Shown: positions 46,108-55,460 of the stretch, piece after piece
Position numbering within the stretch: the first letter of the stretch is position 1
How the letters are laid out: every line of letters starts with the position of its first letter
Assembly: GCA_046734955.1 (NCBI GenBank)
Contig: JBKPSH010000021.1
Span: forward strand, 11,968-75,967
Origin: Acidobacteriota bacterium
Lineage (GTDB): Bacteria > Acidobacteriota > Vicinamibacteria > Vicinamibacterales > 2-12-FULL-66-21
Direction: 5' to 3'
DNA: 64,000 nucleotides
Notes under the pieces: model-generated
Databases searched by the model: none
What the model saw: the letters and a program-made list of their open reading frames with translations, nothing else
What the model was told of the DNA's origin: nothing
Translations under genes and position numbers: made by a program

Positions 46108-46144
46108 GACTGCCACATGGCGCACAGCTCATGCCAGCGAGTTG

Positions 46145-46237
46145 CGATTCAACGATTCGACGATTCAGGGATCAGCGATTCAGGGATGAGCGATTCAGGG
46201 ATTAGCGATTCAGGATGAGTGATCAGTGATTAGTGAT
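46145..46237. repeat. right arm of the cassette: GCGATTCAGGGATNA tandem units plus the 17-nt terminal repeat
   Basis: Four units of about 15 nt, GCGATTCAGGGAT(C/G/T)A, are followed by GATCAGTGATTAGTGAT (46221-46237). That 17-mer is the exact reverse complement of 45516-45532. Confidence 0.9.
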
Positions 46238-46621
46238 TGAGCGAATCGCCAGCGTGAGCGCGAGAACCGCGTTCGCGACATGTCCCGTCCAGCAAATCCG
46301 GCATTGCAGTCCGCGGGAGATGAGGCTCCATCCGAGAAACGCGCTCATCGCAACCGCGGGAAGCGTCATCAGGAACAGCCAGAATGGCGGCCAATCACGA
46401 AGCAACCCGACTGCGAGTACCACATACAGCATCACGCCGAGCAATGCGTTCGGGACACCAAGGAGCGAGGCACGGGGAGTTCGGAAGAGGACCGCGCAGC
46501 CGCCGTGTTCGAGCTGGCAGACTTCCGGACCGGTGAGCCACGCGGGCAGCACGAGGTAGTGGCCGTATAACGCGGCGACCGAGGCTGCCATTCCCGCCGC
46601 CAACGCAATCCAGACAATCAT
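46223..46621 (-). CDS. vitamin K epoxide reductase (VKOR) family membrane protein
   Basis: This is the C-terminal 132 codons of ORF 46223..47224, starting at Met 46621. It has 4 TM helices, loop cysteines CQLEHGGC, the motif LGVPNALLG and a CxxC (CRIC) in the last helix. Confidence 0.7.
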   Translation of the reverse strand: MIVWIALAAGMAASVAALYGHYLVLPAWLTGPEVCQLEHGGCAVLFRTPRASLLGVPNALLGVMLYVVLAVGLLRDWPPFWLFLMTLPAVAMSAFLGWSLISRGLQCRICWTGHVANAVLALTLAIRSITNH

Positions 46622-46635
46622 CTGAGATCGCGTGG

Positions 46636-47478
46636 CTAGAGCCCCGCCCTCCCGGCGCTCTGGCATTTTGGGCACCAGTACGTGAGGCGGGCGTCTCCGC
46701 CCTGTTTGCGAATGCGGATTGGAGTTCCGCAGCGACGACAGGGGAGCCGCGCGCGGCCGTAGACCCACAAGCGATCGCTCGGATCGCCGCGGCCCGTCGT
46801 CCGCCGCAATCCACCATACGTTGTCATCAGCTCGAGCCCTTCCGAGACATTCAGCGTCAGCACTCGGCGGCTCTCCTCGACGATTGACGTCAGGTCGGCT
46901 TCCGTCAGTTCCGCAACCCGCGCAAATGGATTGACGCGGCACATGAACAGGATCTCGGACTTGTAGACGTTGCCGAGTCCGGCGAGGACATGCTGATTGA
47001 GGAGAGCCTCGGCAATGTCCCAGCCCGATCGCTCGCGGAGGTTTGCAATCACCTTCCCTGAGTCGAAGCTGTCGGCCAACACGTCGGGCCCGAGCGTCCG
47101 CAACTCGCGGCTCTTCGTGACCTCTCTTTCCGAGAGGAACTCGGCGACAGGGATGTTGAAAGCAACCGCTTCGAAGTCCGCCGTCGCAATCACCACACGC
47201 ATATCGCGACGCGCGCGCTGCCACTTTTCCCCGCGACGATAGATGTGCCAGCTGCCATTCATGCGCATGTGCGTGCGCAGCACGAGATCGCCGGAAAAGT
47301 GGATCAGAAGATGTTTCCCCGTCGAGTGAACGCGTTCGATGGTGCGTCCGGCAATCGGCGCGTCATCGTTGATACGGTTCAGCGCGGGAAACATCGATTC
47401 AAACGCCGTGACTGGCTTTCCCGCCAGCGCGCGATGGAGTGTGCGTGCGGCGCGGAAGATTGTATCCCCTTCAGGCAT
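46636..47478 (-). CDS. nei: Fpg/Nei family DNA glycosylase (Nei2-like)
   Basis: 280-aa ORF with an N-terminal MPEGDT (catalytic Pro2) and a C-terminal zinc finger CRRCGTPIRIRKQGGDARLTYWCPKCQ. It overlaps the lhr stop by 8 nt. Confidence 0.85.
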   Translation of the reverse strand: MPEGDTIFRAARTLHRALAGKPVTAFESMFPALNRINDDAPIAGRTIERVHSTGKHLLIHFSGDLVLRTHMRMNGSWHIYRRGEKWQRARRDMRVVIATADFEAVAFNIPVAEFLSEREVTKSRELRTLGPDVLADSFDSGKVIANLRERSGWDIAEALLNQHVLAGLGNVYKSEILFMCRVNPFARVAELTEADLTSIVEESRRVLTLNVSEGLELMTTYGGLRRTTGRGDPSDRLWVYGRARLPCRRCGTPIRIRKQGGDARLTYWCPKCQSAGRAGL

Positions 47479-50400
47479 CCTCGTCGTCCTGACCGGTTGA
47501 CGATTGGGCGATCGCGAGGGCCGGGATCTCGGAACCGAATCCGGCGGCGGACCCGACCGTTTTTCGCATCTGGAATCCCATTGCTGATGCGTTGAAACCG
47601 GCGTCGATCAGAAACGGTGCGAGCGGATGATCGGCGGTTGGACTGCCATTGATTTCCGAGATCAGGAGACCGCCCCGCCCATCTTCACCCCGTGCCATCG
47701 CCGCGAGCCGCGCTGCCACTGCTCGGCTCACCACGCTGCGAGCGGGTTCATCCTCCGGCAGGTAAGCGATCAATTGCCGTCCGCCGCGTGCCACGTACCC
47801 CGCGAGCGCGCCATCGACAAGGACTACGAGTGAGCCAACGGTTCGTGTGGGCCCACGCCCCGCACCGGAATCGGTCGCCTCGACGGACGGCCACTTGAGC
47901 ATCGTTCCGTACGGGTTTGCCGGATCGGTCGCCGACAAGACGACGGTATCGGGATCATCGCTGGCGTTCTTGAACGATCGCATCAGTTCGAGGGCGGCCG
48001 GCATTGCAAATTGCATCGCGCCGACGCCGGCGACGAAATATCCGCGCCGGATCCGGCCTGCATCTTCCATGGCTTTCAACACGTCATACACCGCGCTGAA
48101 TCCCCCTTCGATGCCTTCAGCTCCAGCGACCTCTCGCGTGACAACACCGTAGCGAGAGAGGAGTTGTTGAGCGGTTGCCGTCGACCACTCAGTTGGTGAG
48201 ACGTCACCGGTCAGACGATCCGCGGTGAGAGACCAGCGGCCTTCCGATGAAGGGGGGCCGATGCGACGGCTTCGAAAATTCGTGCGCCTTGCTGGTTTGC
48301 GCTGTCGCTTCTCAGCCGGCCTGGTGAAGGCCCGCAGCGCATGGAACGTATCGTTGGTGAGCAATCCTTTCCACACGAGATCCCACAGCGCATCGACGGT
48401 TTCGCCGGGATAGCCACCTCCCGCAGCATCGTGAATCGGCGCAAAGAACGACGCGCCCTCAGACTCGAGGTAGCTCAGGATCGCCCGTTCGCGAGGCGAC
48501 ACTTCAGAATCACTCGGCGGACCGGCCTTCGCAATGCTCCGGCGAGGTCCCGCCGGAGCCGGCGGCGCAGGCGGACGCCACAGGCGACTCATGTGATCGG
48601 TCAGGAACACCGCCAGCCGGCCATCGCGTTCGCCGAGCGGTTCGACGCCGACCCACGTCACTTCGCCGCCGGCGGTCAGGGCATCGAGATCGGCGGGGTT
48701 ATATCCGCGCACGCGCGCCGATAGAATCTCCGACTCAAAAATCGATGCCGGAAGCGGCGCCCCCTGCAGGTTCTCGATTGCATCGAGCAAAGCATCCAGG
48801 CCGAGCCGGGGACGCGATACGCCTTGCCAGCTGGTTAGAAGACGCCCGAACACCGCCGGTTCCACCGGCTCGACTTCCTTGCGAAGACGCGCCAGCGATC
48901 GCCGCCGAATTGATTGCAGCACGTCTGGGTCGCACCACTCGCGTCCGGTTCCCCCGGGCCGAAACTCTCCGTCGAGCAGGCGTCCGGAGTTCGCGAGTGT
49001 TTTCAGCATGGACTCGGCCGTTGTCCGGCCGAGGGCATACCGTTCCGCAAACTCCTGGGTGGCAAAGGGGCCGTGTGTTCGCGCGTAGCGCCTGGCGAGA
49101 TCCTGACTCGCATTTGGCGCCGGCGCGATCAGCGATTCTGGTAGTCCGACGGGGAGTGGGACGCCCAGCGCATCCCGGTAGCGTCCTGCGTACTCGACCG
49201 GGATTACACGCGGCTGTCCGCCGATATTGACCTTGATTGCGCGACGCGCCCGAAGCAGTTCGGCGAGTGCGTCCTTTGCATCGACGCGTGATCGCGCGGC
49301 GACTTCGTCTTCTGTCAAATCGCCGAGTCGCAACAGCAGATCGTGAACACCATCGATCGATCGTGCCTGTTGTTCGTCATCGACGTGCTGCAGCTGCCGC
49401 TCGGCGGTGGCGATCGCACCTGCGTCGAGCAGTTCGCGAAGCTCCACTTCCCCGAGCAGCTCGCGCAGCTGAGACTGATCGATTGCAAGTGCCTGCGCCC
49501 GCCGCTCCGCGAGTGGCGCATCACCGTCGTAAATATAATTCGCGACGTATCCAAACAGCAGCGCGGCTGCAAACGGTGATGGCATGGCCGAATCGACCGT
49601 GGCGGTCCGGATCTCGCGGCGCTCGATGCGCCGGAGCGTTTCGACTAGTGAGGGCATGTCGAAGACGTCGCGCAGGCATTCGCGGTACGCCTCGAGAATC
49701 ATTGGAAACGACCCGTACTGCGCGGCGACGGCAAGGAGATCGGCCGCGCGCTTCCGCTGTTGCCAGAGAGGACTTCGACCTCCAGGACGGCGCTTGGGCA
49801 AGAGGAGCGCACGCGCCGCGGCTTCGCGGAACTTCGCGGCGAAAAGGGCCGTCGCGCCAAGCTGTCGAACGACCAGCGCCTCGACTTCATCCGACGCTGG
49901 AATCATCAGATTCGGATCCGGCGGATCCTCCGTCTCCGGAAACCTCACCACGAACCCGTCATCGGTCCACATCGTCTCGACATCGATGCCGGTTTCCGCG
50001 CGAGCGCGTTCGACAGCCGCCATCGCCCACGGCGCGTGAATTTTTCCGCCGAACGGCGTCAGGACACAGATACGCCAATCGCCCAGTTCGTCGCGGCACC
50101 GCTCGATCAGAATCGTGCGGTCGTCAGGAACCACACCGGCAGCCGATGCTTGATCAGCCAGGTAGCGAATGAGGTTTTCAGCGGCTTGATTATCGAGATC
50201 GTGATGCTGAACGAGGCGCTGAACGGCAGCCGATGCCGGCATATGACGCAGCGTTCGAACGAGCTCACCGATATGTCGTCCGAGTTCCAGCGGTCGGCCG
50301 GGCGCATCGGCCTTCCAGAACGGCATCTTGCCCGGTTCACCCGGAGCAGGGGAGACGAGCACCCGATCGTGCGTGATCTCTTCAATCCTCCAGGTTGAGG

Positions 50401-52222
50401 CGCCGAGGAGGAACGTCTCGCCCACCCGGCTCTCGAACACCATCTCTTCGTCGAGCTCGCCAACGCGCGCGTGTGGACCGCGTTCGCCAACGAGAAACAC
50501 ACCGTACAGGCCGCGATCGGGGATCGTCCCCCCGTTGATGACCGCGACGCGCTTGGCTCCCTCGCGCGCGGTCAGACGGCTTTTCAGCCGATCCCACGTG
50601 AGACGTGGCCGCAGATCCGCGAAGTCATCGGACGGGTACCGTCCCGACAGCATGTCGAGCACGCCGTCGTAAACGGATCGACTGAGTTCGGCAAACGGTG
50701 CGGCGCCGCGAACGGTATCGAACAGCGCGTCAACGCTCCATTCTTCATTTGCGACGATGGCGACGATCTGCTGCGCCAGCACGTCCAGGGGATTTCGAGG
50801 ATAACGGCTCGACTCGACCCGTCCTTCATGCATCGCGCGAGTGACCGCGGCGCACGAGACGAGATCGCCGCGGAATTTTGGCACGATGACTCCGCGACTC
50901 GCCGCGCCGATGGTGTGTCCGGCACGTCCAATCCGCTGCATGCCGCTTGCAACCGACGGGGGAGCTTCGATCTGCACGACCAGATCGATCGCGCCCATGT
51001 CGATTCCGAGTTCAAGCGACGACGTGGCAACGAGCCCGCGGATCTGCCCCGCCTTCAGCCGATCTTCAACCTCGATCCGTTGCGGTCGCGCCAGCGATCC
51101 GTGGTGGGATCGCACCAGCGTCTCGCCGGCCAGCTCGTTCAATGCCGACGCCAGCCGCTCCGCGATTCGCCGGCTATTGACGAAGATCAGCGTGGAACGA
51201 TGAGCACGGACCAGTTCGAGCAGTCGCGGATGAATCGCTGACCAGATCGAGGTTCGTGCCGGGCCTTGCGCCGCCGGACCGCTCGGGATCTCGATCGGCT
51301 GGCCAATCTTCGCCATGTCCTCGACCGGCACTTCGATTCGGAGCTCGAGTCGCTTCTTCTCTGAGGTATCGACGATGGTGACCGGCCGAAAGCGGGTCGA
51401 CGCGCGTTCCGTCGCGAATTCGTCGTGAATGGCCTCATCCGGGTCGGCGATTGGCAAGGGTCTGCGCATGCGTTTGCCCTGTGCGCCTTGCGCCCCTTTC
51501 TTTTTCCCTTCTGGCTTTTCCCTTTTCCCGTGATCCTGTCCCCCCAGAAACCGCGCCACTTCATCCAACGGCCGCTGTGTTGCAGAAAGCCCAATGCGCT
51601 GGATTGCTGCTCGCGTCTCATCATCAGCATCTTCACGTCGCAGCGCTTCAAGCCGCTCCAGCGACAGCGCCAGATGTGCGCCACGTTTGGTTGGGACGAG
51701 CGCGTGAATTTCGTCGACGATCACCGTGTCAATCGAGCGAAGGGTGCGCCGCGCGTTCGAAGTCAGCAGCAGGTAGAGCGATTCGGGCGTGGTGATAAGA
51801 ATGTCCGCAGGTTCGCGCAGGAAGCGCGCGCGCTCGACTGCTGGTGTATCACCGGTGCGAATCGCGACGGCGGGCTGATGAAAGGAGTCGGCTCGCGCGG
51901 TGGCCCGGTTGGCAATACCGGCAATCGGGGCACGCAGGTTTCGCTCGATGTCGACGGCGAGCGCCTTGAGCGGCGAGATGTAGAGAACCCGGCATCGCCG
52001 CTCTTTCGGCGGCACCGGATCGAACATCACGCGATTGATGCACCAAAGGAACGCCGTCAGCGTCTTGCCGCTGCCGGTCGGCGCAAGGATCAGCGTCGAG
52101 TCGCCGTCGGCGATCGCCGGCCAGCCTTGCGCCTGCGGAGGCGTCGGCCGCTCGAACGAATCGCGAAACCACTCCGCGACCGCAGGGTGAAAGAGATCGA
52201 GGACTTCAGCCCGTCTTCCCAC
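47471..52222 (-). CDS. lhr: Lhr-type large ATP-dependent DNA helicase
   Basis: 1583-aa ORF. The N-terminus has LAPTGSGKT (motif I), DEIH (motif II) and SAT. The size and long C-terminal extension are typical of Lhr. Confidence 0.92.
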   Translation of the reverse strand: MGRRAEVLDLFHPAVAEWFRDSFERPTPPQAQGWPAIADGDSTLILAPTGSGKTLTAFLWCINRVMFDPVPPKERRCRVLYISPLKALAVDIERNLRAPIAGIANRATARADSFHQPAVAIRTGDTPAVERARFLREPADILITTPESLYLLLTSNARRTLRSIDTVIVDEIHALVPTKRGAHLALSLERLEALRREDADDETRAAIQRIGLSATQRPLDEVARFLGGQDHGKREKPEGKKKGAQGAQGKRMRRPLPIADPDEAIHDEFATERASTRFRPVTIVDTSEKKRLELRIEVPVEDMAKIGQPIEIPSGPAAQGPARTSIWSAIHPRLLELVRAHRSTLIFVNSRRIAERLASALNELAGETLVRSHHGSLARPQRIEVEDRLKAGQIRGLVATSSLELGIDMGAIDLVVQIEAPPSVASGMQRIGRAGHTIGAASRGVIVPKFRGDLVSCAAVTRAMHEGRVESSRYPRNPLDVLAQQIVAIVANEEWSVDALFDTVRGAAPFAELSRSVYDGVLDMLSGRYPSDDFADLRPRLTWDRLKSRLTAREGAKRVAVINGGTIPDRGLYGVFLVGERGPHARVGELDEEMVFESRVGETFLLGASTWRIEEITHDRVLVSPAPGEPGKMPFWKADAPGRPLELGRHIGELVRTLRHMPASAAVQRLVQHHDLDNQAAENLIRYLADQASAAGVVPDDRTILIERCRDELGDWRICVLTPFGGKIHAPWAMAAVERARAETGIDVETMWTDDGFVVRFPETEDPPDPNLMIPASDEVEALVVRQLGATALFAAKFREAAARALLLPKRRPGGRSPLWQQRKRAADLLAVAAQYGSFPMILEAYRECLRDVFDMPSLVETLRRIERREIRTATVDSAMPSPFAAALLFGYVANYIYDGDAPLAERRAQALAIDQSQLRELLGEVELRELLDAGAIATAERQLQHVDDEQQARSIDGVHDLLLRLGDLTEDEVAARSRVDAKDALAELLRARRAIKVNIGGQPRVIPVEYAGRYRDALGVPLPVGLPESLIAPAPNASQDLARRYARTHGPFATQEFAERYALGRTTAESMLKTLANSGRLLDGEFRPGGTGREWCDPDVLQSIRRRSLARLRKEVEPVEPAVFGRLLTSWQGVSRPRLGLDALLDAIENLQGAPLPASIFESEILSARVRGYNPADLDALTAGGEVTWVGVEPLGERDGRLAVFLTDHMSRLWRPPAPPAPAGPRRSIAKAGPPSDSEVSPRERAILSYLESEGASFFAPIHDAAGGGYPGETVDALWDLVWKGLLTNDTFHALRAFTRPAEKRQRKPARRTNFRSRRIGPPSSEGRWSLTADRLTGDVSPTEWSTATAQQLLSRYGVVTREVAGAEGIEGGFSAVYDVLKAMEDAGRIRRGYFVAGVGAMQFAMPAALELMRSFKNASDDPDTVVLSATDPANPYGTMLKWPSVEATDSGAGRGPTRTVGSLVVLVDGALAGYVARGGRQLIAYLPEDEPARSVVSRAVAARLAAMARGEDGRGGLLISEINGSPTADHPLAPFLIDAGFNASAMGFQMRKTVGSAAGFGSEIPALAIAQSSTGQDDEDA

Positions 52223-52391
52223 CGGCTTATTCTATTTACTTGTTTGACCACTGGCACTTAACGGGGCACAATGGAAGACACTCTTGTGGCCGGGGCGGCG
52301 CAAGCTGCGTCGGCTGTTTTTCGGTTGTCTTCGCCCTTGCCGTTCACCGCACGTGGTGTGGCCGGGGCAGTCAGGAAGCCAGAATTAACTT

Positions 52392-52649
52392 ATGGGTGAT
52401 TCCGGAGAAGGCCTCGTCGACGCAGAAGCGCGAATCCAGGAACAAATTGAAGAGCGGGAAGCTGAGCGGCGGCGCCGCGCCGGCGGCGGGCCGAAGATCG
52501 ATCCCGAGAAGGTCCGCGAACTCGAGTCGCTCCGCCTGGCGAAATCCAATCTCGAGCAGCAGGCTGAAACGACCGAGCATCCCGTACGCAAGCAGCAGAT
52601 CAAGCTCGCCATCGCTGAAATCGACAAACGACTAGCTGCCTACCAGTAA
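52392..52649 (+). CDS. hypothetical small charged (coiled-coil-like) protein
   Basis: 85-aa ORF with Glu/Arg/Lys-rich composition. Its stop lies directly before a hairpin element. No family recognised. Confidence 0.5.
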   Translation: MGDSGEGLVDAEARIQEQIEEREAERRRRAGGGPKIDPEKVRELESLRLAKSNLEQQAETTEHPVRKQQIKLAIAEIDKRLAAYQ

Positions 52650-52719
52650 TTGCTGATTTTCGTTGCTGATTGCTGATTGGGTCCGATCAATCAGCAATCA
52701 GAATTCAGCAATCAGCAAT
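52648..52719. repeat. TGCTGAT-word inverted tandem-repeat element (second copy)
   Basis: AATTGCTGATTTTCGTTGCTGATTGCTGATTGG, a 5-nt loop, then ATCAATCAGCAATCAGAATTCAGCAATCAGCAATT. It fills the spacer between the convergent small ORF and ftsH. Confidence 0.9.
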
Positions 52720-52720
52720 T

Positions 52721-54514
52721 TCAGCGCTGCGCGCCGGATTCTTCGAGCAGCGTTTTGATTTCGTCCGCCTCGAGCGATTCCTGCTCGAGCAGCGCCTCGG
52801 CAAGTGCCCGCATCGGCTCCCTGTTGCGCTCGATCACGTGTCTGGCGTGATCGTATGCGTCCATCACGATCTTACGAATCTCGTCGTCAACCCGCTGAGC
52901 CGTCGCTTCGCTGACTGTATGCGGGCGATCGGTCTGGAATGCGTTCCCGGGCTTCCGATACGCGAGAGGGCCGAGAGCGGACATTCCCCACTCGCATACC
53001 ATGTGCTGCGCGATCTCGGTGGCGCGCTCGATGTCGTTCGACGCGCCGCTCGTCATGTGATTCATGAAGAGTTCCTCGGCGACGCGCCCGCCCATGAGCA
53101 CCGCGACCTGCGTGTCGAGATACCCCTTGGTGTAGGTATGGCGATCGGCTTCAGGCAGCTGCATCGTCACGCCCATCGCGCGACCGCGCGGAATGATCGT
53201 GACTTTATGCAGCGGGTCGGCATTCGGCAGAAGGGCCGCGACGATTGCGTGGCCGGCCTCGTGATACGCGCAGTTGACGCGGTCGAGTTCGCTAAGCGCG
53301 ACCGATCGCCGCTCCACACCCATTAGCACTTTATCGCGTGCTTCGGAAAGATCCGCGTCGGTGACGCGATCGCGGCCGCCGCGCGCCGCGAACAGCGCCG
53401 CCTCGTTGACGACGTTGGCCAGGTCCGCGCCGGAGAAGCCAGGCGTTCCGCGGGCGATGGACCGAAGATTTACCGCCGGGTCCATCGTCACGCGGCGGGT
53501 ATGGACGCGGAGAATCGCTTCGCGCCCCTTCAAGTCAGGATTACCGACCGTAACCTGGCGGTCGAACCGGCCAGGACGGAGGAGCGCCGGGTCGAGAATG
53601 TCCTGCCTGTTCGTGGCGGCGATGACGACGATGCCGACGTGGGACTCGAAACCATCCATCTCGACGAGCAGTTGGTTGAGCGTCTGCTCGCGTTCCTCGT
53701 GACTCAGCGAGTTGCCGCCGCGGCTGCGGCCGACCGCATCGAGCTCGTCGATGAACACAATGCAGGACTTGTGACGGCGCGCATCGCGGAAGAGACGACG
53801 AACGCGCGCGGCGCCGACACCCGCGTACATTTCGACGAAGTCGGACCCGCTCGCGAACAGGAAAGGCACGCCGGCTTCACCGGCAATCGATCGCGCGAGG
53901 AGTGTTTTGCCGGTGCCCGGCGGGCCGACGAGCAGGATGCCTTTCGGTATCCGTCCGCCGATTGACGAAAATCGGTCCGGGTGCCGGAGGAAATCAACGA
54001 TCTCTTTGACTTCATCCTTTGCTTCGTCGACACCGGCGACGTCCTGGAACGTGACGACCGTGTCGCCACGTTCGGCAACGCGAGTCCGGCCCGAGTTTGG
54101 AATCCGGCCGGCGGTCGTCCGATACACTGTGAAGCCAATCAGCGCGAAAAATGCGGCGACCGTCAGGATCATTCCGTAGCTGAGCGCCTGCGGATCCGAA
54201 AGCGGATTTACCTCAACGCGCACGTTGCGTTTGACCAGGTCGTTGATGAACGACGAGTTCGCCGACAGGAACTCTGTCGGCGCGACTGTCTGCAGTGTCT
54301 GTCCGTCGCGTAGCGTCACCTGAATATCGCGCTCGCCGAAGGTCACCTTGGCAACGGCGCCGCGGTCGACCTGCTGGAGGAACTCGGACAGCGCGATCGC
54401 CGCAGGTTCAGGCGCGCGCTTGAGATAGATGGTGGCCGGTACCGCGCACACAGCGAGGATGGCGACAATCGCCACGACCAGAAAACGAGGACGTCGGAAG
54501 CGCGGTGGCAACAC
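52721..54514 (-). CDS. ftsH: ATP-dependent zinc metalloprotease FtsH
   Basis: 597-aa ORF with a GTG start. Motifs are Walker A GPPGTGKT, Walker [12 protein letters not shown] ...[18 protein letters not shown] and zinc site HEAGHA. Confidence 0.96.
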   Translation of the reverse strand: MLPPRFRRPRFLVVAIVAILAVCAVPATIYLKRAPEPAAIALSEFLQQVDRGAVAKVTFGERDIQVTLRDGQTLQTVAPTEFLSANSSFINDLVKRNVRVEVNPLSDPQALSYGMILTVAAFFALIGFTVYRTTAGRIPNSGRTRVAERGDTVVTFQDVAGVDEAKDEVKEIVDFLRHPDRFSSIGGRIPKGILLVGPPGTGKTLLARSIAGEAGVPFLFASGSDFVEMYAGVGAARVRRLFRDARRHKSCIVFIDELDAVGRSRGGNSLSHEEREQTLNQLLVEMDGFESHVGIVVIAATNRQDILDPALLRPGRFDRQVTVGNPDLKGREAILRVHTRRVTMDPAVNLRSIARGTPGFSGADLANVVNEAALFAARGGRDRVTDADLSEARDKVLMGVERRSVALSELDRVNCAYHEAGHAIVAALLPNADPLHKVTIIPRGRAMGVTMQLPEADRHTYTKGYLDTQVAVLMGGRVAEELFMNHMTSGASNDIERATEIAQHMVCEWGMSALGPLAYRKPGNAFQTDRPHTVSEATAQRVDDEIRKIVMDAYDHARHVIERNREPMRALAEALLEQESLEADEIKTLLEESGAQR

Positions 54515-54731
54515 GGGTTACATCCGTTTCGCGAAGTGCGGCCGGACCATGACGGATAGAAGCGATCAAAAAGAGAGCATGCGCTTTCTTTGATTGCTCC
54601 ACCTGGATGGCAGGCGGCAGACTGAGTGCTGAAAAAGAAAACACTCCGCTGGGGATTGGAATGTGGTCACATTTTACACCGTCGTACCGGCGAAGTAAAC
54701 GAGCGATCGCTCGGCGCGTGCGCGGAATTGC

Positions 54732-55460
54732 ATGAGACCTCAGCCGCGGACAGCTCATCCGCTGTTGCCCTCGCGCGCCTTCGCATGGCTGGTCCACTGC
54801 TACACCGCGTGCGGCGCGATACTCGCGTTCGCCATGACGATCGCGGTGATTCAGCAGCGGTTCCGGCTCGCGTTTCTGTTGATGGTCGTTGCGACGATCA
54901 TCGATTCGACCGATGGGGCGCTGGCCCGACTGGCGCGGGTGAAGGAAGCGACGCCAGCGTTCGATGGTGGCCGGCTCGACGATATTGTCGACTACCTGAC
55001 GTTTGTGTTCGTGCCGGGCCTGCTCCTTTTTCAGGCCGGCCTGCTGCCCTCCGGATGGGACGCCATTGTCGTCGCGGCAATGCTGCTGAGTAGCGCGTAC
55101 GGATTCTCGGCGGCCGATGCCAAGACGGATGATCACTTCTTCACAGGATTTCCGTCTTACTGGAATATCGCAGCTTTGTATCTTTTTGCCGCCCGCCTGA
55201 CACCAGTCGTGAATGCGATCGTCCTCGTCGCCCTGAGCGCGATGGTGTTCGTACGGATTGGTTACATCTACCCCTCGCGAACCCCGGTTTTGCGCGGCCT
55301 GACCATTGCACTGTGTCTCGTCTGGGGCGTGATAGTGCTCCAGATGATTGTCATGCTGCCTGATGTGCCGCGGCCGCTTCTGCTGGCGTCGCTGTTCTTT
55401 CCGATTTACTACCTTGTGCTTTCACTTGTGCTGAACGGACGGCGGGTCCGCCGGCCGTGA
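54732..55460 (+). CDS. pcs: CDP-alcohol phosphatidyltransferase family protein, probably phosphatidylcholine synthase
   Basis: 242-aa ORF with the motif DSTDGALAR...DDIVDYLTFVFVP, and DDHFFTGFPSYWNIAALYLF, which I associate with Pcs. Confidence 0.65.
   Translation: MRPQPRTAHPLLPSRAFAWLVHCYTACGAILAFAMTIAVIQQRFRLAFLLMVVATIIDSTDGALARLARVKEATPAFDGGRLDDIVDYLTFVFVPGLLLFQAGLLPSGWDAIVVAAMLLSSAYGFSAADAKTDDHFFTGFPSYWNIAALYLFAARLTPVVNAIVLVALSAMVFVRIGYIYPSRTPVLRGLTIALCLVWGVIVLQMIVMLPDVPRPLLLASLFFPIYYLVLSLVLNGRRVRRP

Larger units (their letters stand above)
45516..46237 (-). mobile_element. IVS-like cassette: four-helix-bundle gene bracketed by long imperfect inverted tandem arrays with perfect 17-nt termini
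   Basis: The architecture is seen directly in the sequence. Interpreting it as a mobile or processed element is inference. Confidence 0.3.

Noticed and set aside
46622-47224. The upstream 200 codons of ORF 46223..47224.
   Set aside because: They overlap the well-supported nei gene in another frame and are Arg/Gly-rich. Only the C-terminal 132 codons look like a membrane (VKOR) protein.
52251-52267. A sigma-54-like motif TGGCACTTAACGGGGCA upstream of the small ORF.
   Set aside because: The GG to GC spacing is 11 nt rather than 10, and the -12 element is not TTGC-like.
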